Source of the DNA: Candidatus Nanopelagicales bacterium
GTDB taxonomy: Bacteria > Actinomycetota > Actinomycetes > S36-B12
DNA: 64,000 nucleotides
Reading direction: 5' to 3'
NCBI GenBank assembly: GCA_009694585.1
Contig: SHUQ01000001.1
Span: 7,815-71,814 of the forward strand
The position numbers and the translations under genes are program-made. Of this stretch, positions 30,858-42,696 are shown piece after piece. Position 1 is the stretch's first letter, and every line of letters starts with the position of its first letter. The notes below the pieces were generated by a model. It was not told where the DNA came from. It saw nothing but the letters and a program-made list of their open reading frames with translations, and searched no databases.

Positions 30858-31919
30858 ATGGTGCACCAATGGCGCGGGTTAATCGAGGAGTACCGCGATC
30901 GATTGCCGGTAACTGCATCAACTCCGGTGGTCACTTTGGGTGAAGGCGGCACCCCGCTGGTTTACGCCTGCACTTTAAGTGAGATGACCGGATGCTCCGT
31001 GTGGCTTAAGTACGAAGGCGCCAATCCGACCGGATCCTTCAAGGACCGCGGCATGACGATGGCAATCTCAAAAGCGGCAGAAGCCGGCGCTCGGGCGGTA
31101 ATTTGCGCTTCGACGGGCAATACCTCGGCAAGTGCAGCGGCATATGCAGTAAAAGCCGGCATGGTGTGCGGAGTGTTGGTACCTCAAGGCAAGATCGCGA
31201 TGGGCAAACTTGCTCAAGCGCTCGTGCATGGTGCGACTTTGCTGCAAGTCGACGGTAATTTCGATGACTGCTTGGCCATAGCTCGTGATTTGGCGGAGAA
31301 TTATCCGGTTGAACTCGTCAATAGCGTTAACCCGTCGCGGATCGAAGGTCAAAAAACCGCGGCTTTTGAAATCGTCGACATGTTGGGCTTTGCCCCCGAT
31401 ATCCACTGCATACCTGTAGGGAATGCGGGCAACATCACCGCTTATTGGCGTGGCTACTGTGAGTATCACCGTGACGGGATTTCTCCCTCGCGCCCGCGCA
31501 TGTGGGGTTTTCAAGCCGCCGGGGCAGCACCGCTCGTCCTTGGTGCTCCTGTTTTGAACCCTGAGACGATCGCAACGGCTATCAGGATTGGTAACCCAGC
31601 CTCATGGGACTTTGCGGTTGCGGCGCGCGATGAATCCTCTGGGCTGATTGACATGGTTACCGACGACGAAATCTTGATGGCCTACCACCTGATTGCAAGT
31701 CGCGAAGGCTTGTTCTGCGAGCCGGCGAGTGCGGCCAGTGTCGCAGGACTATTGAAATTGCACGCGGCCGGTCAACTCGATGCGGGGCAATCGGTGGTTT
31801 GCACTTTGACCGGACATGGACTTAAAGATCCACAATGGGCACTTGCTGACGCCAAGGATCTAGTTGTTGTCCCGATTGATGCCAAAGCGGCGGCGCGCGC
31901 CTTGGGCTTGGACTCCTAA
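30858..31919 (+). CDS. thrC: Threonine synthase
   Basis: 353 aa with the PLP lysine motif [10 protein letters not shown]. Confidence 0.95.
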   Translation: MVHQWRGLIEEYRDRLPVTASTPVVTLGEGGTPLVYACTLSEMTGCSVWLKYEGANPTGSFKDRGMTMAISKAAEAGARAVICASTGNTSASAAAYAVKAGMVCGVLVPQGKIAMGKLAQALVHGATLLQVDGNFDDCLAIARDLAENYPVELVNSVNPSRIEGQKTAAFEIVDMLGFAPDIHCIPVGNAGNITAYWRGYCEYHRDGISPSRPRMWGFQAAGAAPLVLGAPVLNPETIATAIRIGNPASWDFAVAARDESSGLIDMVTDDEILMAYHLIASREGLFCEPASAASVAGLLKLHAAGQLDAGQSVVCTLTGHGLKDPQWALADAKDLVVVPIDAKAAARALGLDS

Positions 31920-32839
31920 TGGCAGCAGAACTGCGCCGAGAACCCATGCGTATTCTAGTTCCGGCGTCGAGTGCAAATATCGGACCAGCATTTGATTCAG
32001 CAGGCCTAGCACTTGACATCGTTGACGATCTAGTAGCGATGATTACTGATGATGATGGTGTCTTGATCGAAGTCGCAGGTGAAGGTGCCGGCAGCGTCGC
32101 ACTTGATGAGTCGCACCTGGTTGCCCGTTCCATGGTGCTTGGGTTTGCCGCTATGGACGCGAATCCGCATGGCTTCATTCTGCGTTGCAATAACGCGATT
32201 CCACATGGCAGAGGTTTGGGATCATCGGCTGCCGCCATCGTGGGCGGGCTGGCCTTGGCGCGTGCCTTAGTCGTTGACGGGGACTCCTTGCTGCCCGATG
32301 CAGCGTTGCTGCAGGTTGCAAAATCGATGGAATCCCACCCCGACAATATTTCGGCTGCCCTTTATGGTGGCCTGATATTTGCCTGGACCAACGAGTCTGG
32401 GTCGGCCGGTCATATCCGCCTTGACCTGCATCCGGCAATTAGGCCGGTAATCGCGGTGCCGGCATCGGGTTTGCCAACGGCGGAGGCTAGGTCGGCTTTG
32501 CCACTGGAAGTTGCTTTCGAGGACGCAGCATTTAATGTCGCACGATCGGCGCTACTCCTGCATGCGCTAACCACCGAGCCCGCTCACCTGTTGGAAGCCA
32601 CTTCCGATCGCCTCCACCAAAACCTGCGCCGATCAATGTACGGTCCGTCCTTGGAGTTAGTGGAGGCGCTAAGAGCCGCGGGCGTGCCGGCGGTAATTTC
32701 CGGGGCCGGCCCCAGTGTGCTGGCGCTGGCATCTGATGCCACAGTTGGCATGGTGGCAGGCTTGGCGGGGGCGCTTTGGCGGGTAAGCCAAGTGTCGGTG
32801 GCAGGGCAAGGGGTGCGTACCGTCCCAATCGAAAGGTGA
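31919..32839 (+). CDS. thrB: Homoserine kinase
   Basis: GHMP kinase motif PHGRGLGSSAAA. Start abuts the thrC stop. Confidence 0.9.
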   Translation: MAAELRREPMRILVPASSANIGPAFDSAGLALDIVDDLVAMITDDDGVLIEVAGEGAGSVALDESHLVARSMVLGFAAMDANPHGFILRCNNAIPHGRGLGSSAAAIVGGLALARALVVDGDSLLPDAALLQVAKSMESHPDNISAALYGGLIFAWTNESGSAGHIRLDLHPAIRPVIAVPASGLPTAEARSALPLEVAFEDAAFNVARSALLLHALTTEPAHLLEATSDRLHQNLRRSMYGPSLELVEALRAAGVPAVISGAGPSVLALASDATVGMVAGLAGALWRVSQVSVAGQGVRTVPIER

Positions 32840-33020
32840 CCCCCGGTTCGTGCCGGGGAGGCAAACCCGTGTTATAGTGAGATCGCTCCAATGGTGACGG
32901 CCAATTTGCCGTACTCCCTCAAGTGACAAATTCGAAGCCCTTTTCGGGTATTTCATTCGGATAGAACCTCGGATTGTCACTTTCCATCGTGATGGAGCTC
33001 CCATCGAATAAAGGAATTGC

Positions 33021-34739
33021 GTGACCGAAACAACGTCCGCCGCAAAATCAACCAAAGGTAGCGGCAGTGACCTCTCAGCAATGTTGCTTCCCGAGTTGAA
33101 ACAGGTGGCCTCCAAATTGGGCATCGCTGGCTCCCGCGCTATGCGCAAGGGGGACCTAGTAGCAGCAATAAGTGAAAAACGGCAGGGCAGCGAGCGCTCA
33201 AGTGGCGGGGGTCGCGCACCGCGAACCACCTCGCGCACAACGGCAACTGCATCGCCGGCCGCCGCCGAACAGGCAGAAGCTCCAGCCCAGGCCGCACCAG
33301 CAACTGACGACAACGCGCCTCGCACCGATAACCGCGACAACCGCAGTGGCGGTGATCGTAATAACCGTAATTTCAATAATGACCGCGGTGATCGTAATAA
33401 CCGTAATTTCAATAATGACCGCGGGAACCGCAACAGCGGCAATGACCGGAATAACGGTGGCGATCGCAGTGGTGGTAACGATCGGAGCGATCGCGGGTTC
33501 GATGGCAGTCGCCGCCGGGGCCGTGATCGTTCGCGTGATCGAGGTCCGCGCCGTGAGGGCGGTTTCAACGAAGCCGAACTCGAAATTTCACCAGATGACA
33601 TCCTGACCCCGGTAGCGGGCATTCTCGATGTCATGGAGAACTACGCATTTGTTCGCACCAGTGGCTATATGCCTGGGCCGAATGACGTTTATGTGTCGTT
33701 GTCGCTGGTGCGCAAGCATGGGCTCCGCAAGGGCGATGCGGTAACCGGATTAGTCCGGCAGCCACTCGACGGTGAGCGCCGAGAGAAATTTAACCCGCTA
33801 GTTCGCATCGATACTGTCAACGGTGGCGATCTTGAAGCCGCACGTAATCGACCAGAGTTCTCGAAGCTGACTCCGTTGTACCCACAAGATCGGCTGCGCC
33901 TAGAGAATGACCCGAGTAATTTGACCACCCGGGTAATTGATCTAGTATCACCGATCGGCAAGGGTCAGCGCGGCTTGATCGTCTCCCCGCCAAAGGCGGG
34001 CAAGACCATGGTGCTGCAAGCAATCGCGAATGCGATCACCGCAAATAACCCCGAAGTACATCTCATGGTCGTTCTAGTTGACGAGCGCCCAGAAGAAGTA
34101 ACCGACATGCAACGCTCGGTCAAGGGTGAGGTAATTGCGTCGACATTTGACCGCCCGGCTGAAGATCACACCATCATCGCTGAACTGTCTATTGAGCGAG
34201 CTAAGCGTTTGGTCGAACTCGGCCACGATGTCGTGGTGCTACTTGACTCGATGACCCGTCTGGGTCGTGCCTACAACTTGGCGGCGCCGGCCTCGGGTCG
34301 GATCCTCTCCGGTGGCGTCGACTCAACTGCGCTCTACCCACCCAAGAAATTCTTCGGCGCGGCCCGCAATATCGAAGGTGGTGGCTCCCTCACCATCTTG
34401 GCCACGGCATTAGTTGAAACTGGTTCACGGATGGACGAGGTGATCTTCGAAGAGTTCAAGGGCACCGGCAATATGGAACTCAAGTTAGACCGCCGCCTGG
34501 CCGATAAGCGGGTATTCCCAGCGGTTGATGTTGACTCCTCCGGTACTCGCAAGGAAGAACTGCTCATGACTCCCGAGGAGTTAAAAATCGTCTGGAAGTT
34601 GCGCAGGGTGCTTCATGCCCTTGACCAGCAGCAGGCGATCGAGTTGCTGCTTACCAAATTGCGCGACACCAAGACCAATGCCGAGTTCTTGATGCAGATT
34701 CAAAAGACCACTGCATCAGGCAATGGTGAAGACGACTAG
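33021..34739 (+). CDS. rho: Transcription termination factor Rho with an Arg/Asn/Asp/Gly-rich N-terminal insertion
   Basis: 572 aa. Rho N-terminal helix bundle ([14 protein letters not shown]), ~130-aa low-complexity insert, CSD-like RNA-binding domain, Walker A SPPKAGKT. Confidence 0.95.
   Translation: MTETTSAAKSTKGSGSDLSAMLLPELKQVASKLGIAGSRAMRKGDLVAAISEKRQGSERSSGGGRAPRTTSRTTATASPAAAEQAEAPAQAAPATDDNAPRTDNRDNRSGGDRNNRNFNNDRGDRNNRNFNNDRGNRNSGNDRNNGGDRSGGNDRSDRGFDGSRRRGRDRSRDRGPRREGGFNEAELEISPDDILTPVAGILDVMENYAFVRTSGYMPGPNDVYVSLSLVRKHGLRKGDAVTGLVRQPLDGERREKFNPLVRIDTVNGGDLEAARNRPEFSKLTPLYPQDRLRLENDPSNLTTRVIDLVSPIGKGQRGLIVSPPKAGKTMVLQAIANAITANNPEVHLMVVLVDERPEEVTDMQRSVKGEVIASTFDRPAEDHTIIAELSIERAKRLVELGHDVVVLLDSMTRLGRAYNLAAPASGRILSGGVDSTALYPPKKFFGAARNIEGGGSLTILATALVETGSRMDEVIFEEFKGTGNMELKLDRRLADKRVFPAVDVDSSGTRKEELLMTPEELKIVWKLRRVLHALDQQQAIELLLTKLRDTKTNAEFLMQIQKTTASGNGEDD
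33351..33422 (+). repeat. Perfect 2 x 36-bp in-frame tandem repeat inside the rho insertion domain
   Basis: ggtgatcgtaataaccgtaatttcaataatgaccgc occurs twice back to back (33351-33386, 33387-33422). It encodes [12 protein letters not shown] twice. Confidence 0.95.
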
Positions 34740-34877
34740 CAGGTAGCCGGCAGGACCCCCAAAAAAAGGCGGATTACCCGCTGGTGGGCCGGGGGTGCAA
34801 TAATGACCACGCTGCGGTTCACGGTCCCGATCAATTCGATCGGGCAGCCGACCCGGAGCTGACAAGAGGAGTTAGCT

Positions 34878-35105
34878 GTGAAGGCCGATATTCATCCGGC
34901 ATATGCCGAAACGACGGTGACCTGCACCTGTGGCACTACATTCACCACCCGCAGCACCGCGAAGAACGGCAGTATCCACGCCGACGTCTGCTCCCAGTGC
35001 CACCCGTTCTATACCGGTAAGCAGAAGATTCTTGATACTGGCGGTCGGGTCGCTAAATTCGAAACTCGTTACGGCAAGGCGGGCGACAAGTCCGCTGACA
35101 ATTAG
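34878..35105 (+). CDS. rpmE: 50S ribosomal protein L31 (zinc-ribbon type A)
   Basis: MKADIHPAY..., with CTC and [10 protein letters not shown] cysteines. Confidence 0.95.
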   Translation: MKADIHPAYAETTVTCTCGTTFTTRSTAKNGSIHADVCSQCHPFYTGKQKILDTGGRVAKFETRYGKAGDKSADN

Positions 35106-35109
35106 CTTC

Positions 35110-35195
35110 TGATCCCGGGCGCCGGCCCGGGATCGACCGCGTGTCTCCCCCGTCATGCGGTCGGTCCCTGACCGGCGCCCGGGATTGTTTTATTT
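35110..35195 (+). terminator. Compound hairpin structure with U-tract after rpmE
   Basis: 35111-35124 (atcccgggcgccgg) is the exact reverse complement of 35171-35184 and is followed by tgttttattt. A nested hairpin lies at 35134-35142/35153-35161. A competing local hairpin lies at 35110-35133. Confidence 0.5.
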
Positions 35196-35249
35196 ACCTT
35201 CAGCGAATTGTCGTGGTGCATTTATCCCTAGGGTATCTAGGAAGGAGGA

Positions 35250-36326
35250 TTGATGTTTGAGTCATGTGCCGAGCTTTCAGTTGAGTACAGCGATCTCGAA
35301 CTCAAACTCGCAGATCCAGCGGTGCACGCTGATCAGTCAGTAGCTCGGAGATACGGCCGTCGATATGCCGAACTGCGTCCGATCATCACCGTCTACCGAG
35401 ATTGGGCAGCGCTCGCTGACGACGTCATTGCCGCGACCGAGCTTGCTGACGATGACCAGTCCTTTGCTGATGAACTCCCGGGCTTGATCGAACGCGAAAA
35501 AGCAGCGGCGGAACACTTAACCCGTTTGCTGCTACCGCGCGACCCACTTGATGACAAGGACGTGATCTTGGAGGTCAAGGCGGGGGAGGGCGGCGAAGAG
35601 TCGGCGCTATTTGCCGCCGACCTACTGCGGATGTACATGCGCTACGCGGAGCGTCGTGGTTGGGCCACACAAATTATCGATGCGGTTGAATCCGATCTCG
35701 GTGGCTACAAGGATGTGGCACTGGCTATTAAGGCCCGTGGTAACCCTGAGCCTGGTGATGCTCCCTATGCGCGACTGAAATATGAGGGCGGGGTCCATCG
35801 CGTACAACGCGTGCCGGTAACTGAATCCCAAGGGCGTATCCATACTTCCGCTGCGGGTGTTCTTGTGTTTCCCGAGGCCGAAGACGTCGACGTTGTGGTA
35901 GACCCGAATGATCTGCGGATCGATGTATTTCGATCATCAGGCCCAGGCGGGCAAAGCGTCAATACGACCGATTCAGCGGTACGTATCACCCATATTCCAA
36001 CCGGGGTGGTGGTATCCTGCCAGAACGAAAAGAGCCAGCTACAAAACCGGGAGCAGGCCATGCGTATCTTGCGGGCCCGGTTGCTGGCTGCGGCGCAGGA
36101 GCAGGCTGCGCAAGATGCTTCCGATGCGCGCAGGCTGCAGGTGCGCACCGTTGACCGAAGCGAGCGCATTCGAACTTTCAATTTTCCCGAGAATCGACTT
36201 GCCGACCACCGCGTTGGCTATAAGTCACATAACCTGGACCAAATCCTTGATGGTGATCTTGATGACGTAATTAACGCCTGCTTGGCGGCGGATAACGCGG
36301 TGCGGTTAGGTGACACCCCATCGTGA
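35250..36326 (+). CDS. prfA: Peptide chain release factor 1
   Basis: 358 aa with [23 protein letters not shown] (GGQ) and a PxT-type recognition region. Confidence 0.95.
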   Translation: MMFESCAELSVEYSDLELKLADPAVHADQSVARRYGRRYAELRPIITVYRDWAALADDVIAATELADDDQSFADELPGLIEREKAAAEHLTRLLLPRDPLDDKDVILEVKAGEGGEESALFAADLLRMYMRYAERRGWATQIIDAVESDLGGYKDVALAIKARGNPEPGDAPYARLKYEGGVHRVQRVPVTESQGRIHTSAAGVLVFPEAEDVDVVVDPNDLRIDVFRSSGPGGQSVNTTDSAVRITHIPTGVVVSCQNEKSQLQNREQAMRILRARLLAAAQEQAAQDASDARRLQVRTVDRSERIRTFNFPENRLADHRVGYKSHNLDQILDGDLDDVINACLAADNAVRLGDTPS

Positions 36327-37309
36327 ATTGGGATGTTGACCAGACCACCGGCGGACGAGTCACCGTTCGCGACGTGCTCATCGACGCCGAGCGACGCCTA
36401 GCCACCGCTGACATCCCATCACCGAATGTCGATGCTGCTGAAATCATCGCATTTGCACTTGGAGTACGACGAAACCGAATGATTTTGCAGGATTTAGTCA
36501 CTCCTGAGCAACGGGTGCGAGTTGAACAGCTCATGACCAAGCGGCTCTCGAGGGTGCCGTTACAACACCTTTTGGGCACTGCGGCATTCCGCCATATCGA
36601 ACTGCAAGTGGGGCCAGGAGTTTTCATCCCGCGTCCTGAAACTGAGCTCGTTGTTGAAGCCGGTATCCGTGAATTGCGCGAGCTTGCGGCACCGGCGCGG
36701 ATCGCGGTGGACTTATGTGCGGGGAGTGGGGCCGTAGCGCTGTCGATTGGGGTTGAAGTTGAAAACTCTCGGGTATACGCCGTAGAAGTTGATGATGAGG
36801 CGGTGCGCTGGACCAGGCGCAATTTAGCCGCACAGGAGACGGCATTAACGGCAGCAAGATCTCGCGTCGATGTGGTTCAAGATGACGCAGTTTTAGTCGC
36901 TGATGCTGGACATAGACTCGCCCGGTTGGCCGGTCAGGTCGCGGTTATCGTTTCGAATCCGCCGTATATACCGGCTCGCATGGTGCCGAGAGAGCCAGAA
37001 GTTCGCGACTATGAGCCCAAGGTGGCCCTATTTGCTGGTGAAGATGGTCTTGACGTAGTGCGCGGCGTGCTGCGAACTGCAGCAATTTTACTAAAGCCAG
37101 GTGGCATGGTGGTGATTGAGCATGCCGATGTGCAAGGTGCTGATGCTGGGTTAGCCGGGGTCGCCGGTCTGGCTCAGAGTTTGGTTGCGGATGAAGAGCT
37201 TTCGCTGCTGGCCAATTTGCCGATCGGTCAAATAATTTGGCGCGAAGTAGTGGATCGCAAAGATTTCAATGGCTTACCGCGGTTTACTATAGCTCGTCGA
37301 GCTAGTTAG
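36323..37309 (+). CDS. prmC: Release-factor glutamine N5-methyltransferase
   Basis: Overlaps the prfA stop. SAM motif DLCAGSGA and catalytic NPPY (VSNPPYIP). Confidence 0.9.
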   Translation: MNWDVDQTTGGRVTVRDVLIDAERRLATADIPSPNVDAAEIIAFALGVRRNRMILQDLVTPEQRVRVEQLMTKRLSRVPLQHLLGTAAFRHIELQVGPGVFIPRPETELVVEAGIRELRELAAPARIAVDLCAGSGAVALSIGVEVENSRVYAVEVDDEAVRWTRRNLAAQETALTAARSRVDVVQDDAVLVADAGHRLARLAGQVAVIVSNPPYIPARMVPREPEVRDYEPKVALFAGEDGLDVVRGVLRTAAILLKPGGMVVIEHADVQGADAGLAGVAGLAQSLVADEELSLLANLPIGQIIWREVVDRKDFNGLPRFTIARRAS

Positions 37310-37323
37310 ATGAGGGGCTGTTA

Positions 37324-38025
37324 ATGCTGCGGTTGGCATGCGGAACAAGTGCCGATCACCCAGATCGACCGCGCGCACTTAGTGCAGCAACTTCAGCGGC
37401 TCGGCGCGGCGATTTGATTTTAGTCCCGACCGAAAGCGTCTATGCGCTAGCAACTGATCCATTTAGCGTCCGCGGGGTCGCCTGCTTACGCAAGGCCAAA
37501 GGTCAGTCCGAAAAAGTTCCGGTACCCATCATGGTGCCGAGTGCCGCGACGATGAGCGGGCTCGCGGTGCACGTTGGGTTGCCGGCGGCCCGGGCTCTGA
37601 TGCTGAATTTTTGGCCCGGCTTGTTGACCTTGCTGTTTGAGCCGCAGTCAACTCTGGCCTGGGAAATGCCACGTGATGCACCACTTGCGGCGCGGATGCC
37701 ACTGCACCCACTACTGCTTGAGTTGCTCCGTGCCACCGGCCCATTGGCGGTTACCGGGGCTAATGTCGCCGGATTGTCGCCCGCAACTACCGTCGACGAG
37801 GCGGTTGAACAATTTGGTGAAGCCATCGTGATGGCACTTGATGTCGGCGAACTGGGTATGGCGCCCGAAAACTCCAGTGCTGACCTAACTGAGATTATCA
37901 GCACCGTGGTGGACCTTCGGGGTCAAGCCCCAGAGGTGTTAAGGGTGGGCGCCATTTCAGTAGCCGAACTGCGGGCGGTCTGCCCGGATATGATCGACTC
38001 GACGTCGGGGTCGGCGCCCGACTAG
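37324..38025 (+). CDS. tsaC: L-threonylcarbamoyladenylate synthase (Sua5/YwlC/TsaC family)
   Basis: 233 aa. LILVPTESVYALATDP and the downstream YrdC-fold pattern, in the conserved position after prmC. Confidence 0.8.
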   Translation: MLRLACGTSADHPDRPRALSAATSAARRGDLILVPTESVYALATDPFSVRGVACLRKAKGQSEKVPVPIMVPSAATMSGLAVHVGLPAARALMLNFWPGLLTLLFEPQSTLAWEMPRDAPLAARMPLHPLLLELLRATGPLAVTGANVAGLSPATTVDEAVEQFGEAIVMALDVGELGMAPENSSADLTEIISTVVDLRGQAPEVLRVGAISVAELRAVCPDMIDSTSGSAPD

Positions 38026-38073
38026 ACCGGCCGGTATTGCGTAGAGTGGGTCCGCCAACAACAAGGGAGTTAG

Positions 38074-39336
38074 ATGAGCAGCACGCCGTTTTGGGGTCCG
38101 GATTTCGACGCATTGGCCGCCGAGGATCCACAGATTGCCGGCGTGGTTTTGGCCGAACTCGAGCGCCTGCGCAGCGGTCTGCAACTCATCGCCAGCGAGA
38201 ACTTCACTTCACCTGCTGTCTTAGCGGCCCTCGGATCGACACTAAGTAATAAGTACGCCGAAGGTTACCCGGGCCGCCGGTATTACGGCGGCTGCGCCGA
38301 AGTCGACGTCGCCGAGGAAATCGGCATCTCGCGTGCCAAAGAGCTCTTTAGCGCAGATCACGCCAACCTCCAGCCACATAGTGGAGCCAGCGCCAATATC
38401 GCCGCCTACGGTGCCTTCGTAATGCCGGGTGAAACCGTGCTCGCGATGAGTTTGCCCCACGGAGGCCACCTCACCCATGGCTCCAAAGTTAATTTTTCAG
38501 GCAAGTGGTTCAACATAATTTCGTATGGGGTGCGCAAGGACACCGAACTTATTGATTACGACGAGGTGCGGGCGCTGGCTGTTGAACACCGGCCCAAGAT
38601 GATCATTTGTGGGGCGACAGCATATTCGCGACTCATTGATTTCGCGGCTTTTCGTTCGATCGCCGACGAGGTGGGCGCAATTTTGATGGTTGACGCTGCC
38701 CATTTCATCGGTTTGGTCGCGGGTAAGGCCATCCCTAGCCCGGTGCCCTTCGCCGATGTCGTCACTTTCACTACCCACAAAGTACTGCGCGGCCCACGCG
38801 GGGGCATGATCTTGTGCAAGGCCGAGCATGCGGCGGCCATTGACAAGGCGGTTTTCCCGATGATGCAAGGCGGGCCACTGATGCATGCCGTGGCGGCCAA
38901 GGCGGTGGCACTTAAAGAGGCAGCCACTCCCGCTTTTCAGGAGCATGCCAAGCAAGTAATCGTCAATGCCCAAGCGCTTGCGGCGGGATTGGCTGCTGAA
39001 GGGATGCGCCCGGTTAGTGGTGGCACCGATACCCATCTAGCACTTTTTGATCTGCAGCCCCTCGGCGTTACCGGGTCCGAAGCTGAAGTCCGCTGTAATG
39101 CTGCTCGCATCACCCTTAACAAGAATTCAATTCCCTACGATCCACAACCACCGTCGGTGGGCTCGGGTATTCGGGTGGGCACTCCTGCGGTGACCACGCA
39201 AGGGATGAATGCGGGAAATATGCAAGAGATTGCAGCTTTGATTGGCTGTGCGGTTCGTGATCCCTCAACTGCGGATGCAGTGGCAGCTGATGTATTGGAT
39301 TTGGTCACCAGGCACCCGGCCTACCCGCAGGGCTAA
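38074..39336 (+). CDS. glyA: Serine hydroxymethyltransferase
   Basis: 420 aa. LIASENFTSPAV, and the PLP lysine in TTHKVLRGPRGG. Confidence 0.95.
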   Translation: MSSTPFWGPDFDALAAEDPQIAGVVLAELERLRSGLQLIASENFTSPAVLAALGSTLSNKYAEGYPGRRYYGGCAEVDVAEEIGISRAKELFSADHANLQPHSGASANIAAYGAFVMPGETVLAMSLPHGGHLTHGSKVNFSGKWFNIISYGVRKDTELIDYDEVRALAVEHRPKMIICGATAYSRLIDFAAFRSIADEVGAILMVDAAHFIGLVAGKAIPSPVPFADVVTFTTHKVLRGPRGGMILCKAEHAAAIDKAVFPMMQGGPLMHAVAAKAVALKEAATPAFQEHAKQVIVNAQALAAGLAAEGMRPVSGGTDTHLALFDLQPLGVTGSEAEVRCNAARITLNKNSIPYDPQPPSVGSGIRVGTPAVTTQGMNAGNMQEIAALIGCAVRDPSTADAVAADVLDLVTRHPAYPQG

Positions 39337-39375
39337 TCATTGTCCGAACCGCTTCACCGAAGTTGACCGAGAGGA

Positions 39376-40503
39376 GTGGCTGTGCGCGAATATCTCCTGT
39401 GTTTACTCGCGGCTGCCGCGGTCACCTACTTGACCACCCCACTTGTTGAGCGGTTCGCGATTCGGTTCGGTTTTGTCGCGCAAGTGCGCGATCGTGACGT
39501 GCACGCCGAATCCACCCCGCGCCTTGGCGGCATCGCGATGATGCTGGGCCTTTCGACCGGCCTACTGCTCGCCAGCAAGCTACCGATGATGGGTTCGGTT
39601 TTCGAAACGGGCAGCGCACCACTGGCCCTGCTTACGGGTGTTGCCATCATCGTCTTACTCGGAATCATCGACGATAAGTGGGGGCTGGACGCTCCGATCA
39701 AACTTGCCGGTCAGGTGTTGGCCGCAGGGGTGATGGCCTTTCAAGGTATTGCCGTTATTTGGCTACCGATCGGGGGCACATTCGTCCTCGACCCGCTAAC
39801 AAGTGTGCTATTCACCGTATTAATTGTCTTAATCAGTATTAACGCCATCAACTTCATTGACGGGCTTGACGGCCTAGCCGCAGGCATAGTGGCGGTGGCA
39901 GCCGGGGCATTCTTCGCTTATTCGTATCTACTCTCGGTGGTGCTCGGGGTCGAGCGTGCGACTTTGGCGACCTTGGTTTCGGTGCTTCTAGTTGGCATGT
40001 GTATTGGATTCCTGCCGCACAACGTCTACCGGGCGCGCATCTTCATGGGCGACACCGGCTCGATGATGCTGGGTTTGCTGCTGGCTGCTAGCACTATTAC
40101 TTTGTCCGGTCAGGTCGATCCAAGTGCGCTGGCTGGCCCGACCATCATCCCGACTTTGCTGCCCATCTTGCTGCCGATCGCGGTCATGGCGGTCCCGCTA
40201 GTGGATCTGCTACTGGCGGTGGTGCGTCGCACCCGAGCAGGCCGCAATCCCTTTGCCCCCGATAAGCAGCACCTGCACCACCGGCTGTTGGAGATGGGGC
40301 ACTCTCAAGCCCGGGCCGTCTTAATCATGTACGCCTGGACGGCACTGGTTGCCGGCACCGCGGTCGCAATTGCTTTTGTGCCGGTGCCCTACGCGGTGGG
40401 TGGATTCGTGGTTGGTCTTGGCCTGCTGATCTTTGTGGTGCGCCGCCCGCCCAAGGCCCCGGTAGCCGCGGTCCGGCACCTACATAGCGGCACCCACGGA
40501 TAG
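39376..40503 (+). CDS. wecA: Undecaprenyl-phosphate GlcNAc-1-phosphate transferase (WecA/Rfe, MraY-like GT4 family)
   Basis: 375-aa polytopic protein. IIDDKWGL, NAINFIDGLDGLA, MGDTGS motifs. Position upstream of the atp operon as in mycobacteria. Confidence 0.85.
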   Translation: MAVREYLLCLLAAAAVTYLTTPLVERFAIRFGFVAQVRDRDVHAESTPRLGGIAMMLGLSTGLLLASKLPMMGSVFETGSAPLALLTGVAIIVLLGIIDDKWGLDAPIKLAGQVLAAGVMAFQGIAVIWLPIGGTFVLDPLTSVLFTVLIVLISINAINFIDGLDGLAAGIVAVAAGAFFAYSYLLSVVLGVERATLATLVSVLLVGMCIGFLPHNVYRARIFMGDTGSMMLGLLLAASTITLSGQVDPSALAGPTIIPTLLPILLPIAVMAVPLVDLLLAVVRRTRAGRNPFAPDKQHLHHRLLEMGHSQARAVLIMYAWTALVAGTAVAIAFVPVPYAVGGFVVGLGLLIFVVRRPPKAPVAAVRHLHSGTHG

Positions 40504-40529
40504 GCGCCGGGGGAGGTCACCCCTACACG

Positions 40530-41102
40530 TTGAACCGCCGTGCCCGTGATACCTTTTCGTCCGCGGTCAGCAATGAGTTAGTTTCGATCGCCAAAATTGC
40601 GGGAGGATCATTGTCGGCGCCAGTTGATGAGACGCCTTTTGTTCTACCATCCGTGATTTTTAGGCCGGCCCGGCTCGCCATATTTTGCATAGTCTTGGGC
40701 GCATTGGCAATCGTGCTTGCGGCCCTAGCCGGAGCGATCATGTTCGGAGTTTTCTTTGCCATCGGCCTAGCTTTGGGTCTTACCAATGCGCAGGTGGTGA
40801 GTTGGTCAGTGGCCGCGATCACCGCTCAAGATCACCCGCTAAAGCGGGGTATGGCGCTGAACTCTGCCACTCGACTCCTGGTTATCACTGTGATCGCGCT
40901 CGTCATTGCGTTTGTCTTTCGACCATTTGGATTCGGCGTCTTGTTTGGCATCGCACTTTTTCAGGTGGTCTTGGTGCTGAGCACTGTTATCCCGGTCTGG
41001 ATGAAGATCCGCAAAGGTGAGCCAAATGAGGCCCAGCCGCAGGATTTAACCGCGCCGATCAGCCTCGCTTCGAAAGCTGATCCTGACGTCGGGAGGTCAT
41101 AA
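40530..41102 (+). CDS. Hypothetical membrane protein, possibly AtpI-like
   Basis: Four predicted TM helices immediately upstream of atpB. Assigned by position only; start uncertain. Confidence 0.4.
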   Translation: MNRRARDTFSSAVSNELVSIAKIAGGSLSAPVDETPFVLPSVIFRPARLAIFCIVLGALAIVLAALAGAIMFGVFFAIGLALGLTNAQVVSWSVAAITAQDHPLKRGMALNSATRLLVITVIALVIAFVFRPFGFGVLFGIALFQVVLVLSTVIPVWMKIRKGEPNEAQPQDLTAPISLASKADPDVGRS

Positions 41103-41104
41103 CA

Positions 41105-42189
<1,085 letters not shown>

Positions 42190-42198
42190 CGATTCGCA

Positions 42199-42696
42199 AT
42201 GGGTGTAGCAGTGATTTCTGGCGCGACCGTTTTAGCGACTGAGGCTGAAGCTGGCACCACCAACTTCCTAGTCCCGAACGGTACCTTCTTCTTCATCTTG
42301 GTGATTTTCCTAATTGTTTTTGGCGTGATTGCCAAATTCGTGGTGCAACCAGTGCAGAAAGTCTTGGACGAGCGTGACCGCTTGGTTGCCCAGACCGCAT
42401 TCGACAACCGCCGGGCCGCGGAGCAAGATGCGGCCGCCGAGTCCGAGTTCAAGCAGGAACTAACTTCGGCCCGATCTGAGGCAGGCGGCCTTCGAGACCA
42501 AGCTAGGTCAGAGGGACGCCAGGTTGCCGACGACCTGCGAGCTGGGGCGAACGACAAGGTGGCAGAAAAGTTGCGGCAGGCAAGTGAGGTACTAAAAGTC
42601 GAGGGGGATGCCCTCGCTCCAAGCCTCGATGCGAGCGTGGACAACTTGTCGGTGGCATTGGCTAACCGGATCCTCGGTGTGGATGGTAGGGGCTGA
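42199..42696 (+). CDS. atpF: F-type ATP synthase subunit b
   Basis: 165 aa. One N-terminal TM helix, then a charged coiled coil. Confidence 0.85.
   Translation: MGVAVISGATVLATEAEAGTTNFLVPNGTFFFILVIFLIVFGVIAKFVVQPVQKVLDERDRLVAQTAFDNRRAAEQDAAAESEFKQELTSARSEAGGLRDQARSEGRQVADDLRAGANDKVAEKLRQASEVLKVEGDALAPSLDASVDNLSVALANRILGVDGRG

Noticed and set aside
32669-33634. 321-aa minus-strand ORF
   Set aside because: It is antisense to thrB, the rho leader and the low-complexity rho insertion. Its own repeats ([12 protein letters not shown] twice) merely mirror the 36-bp rho duplication.
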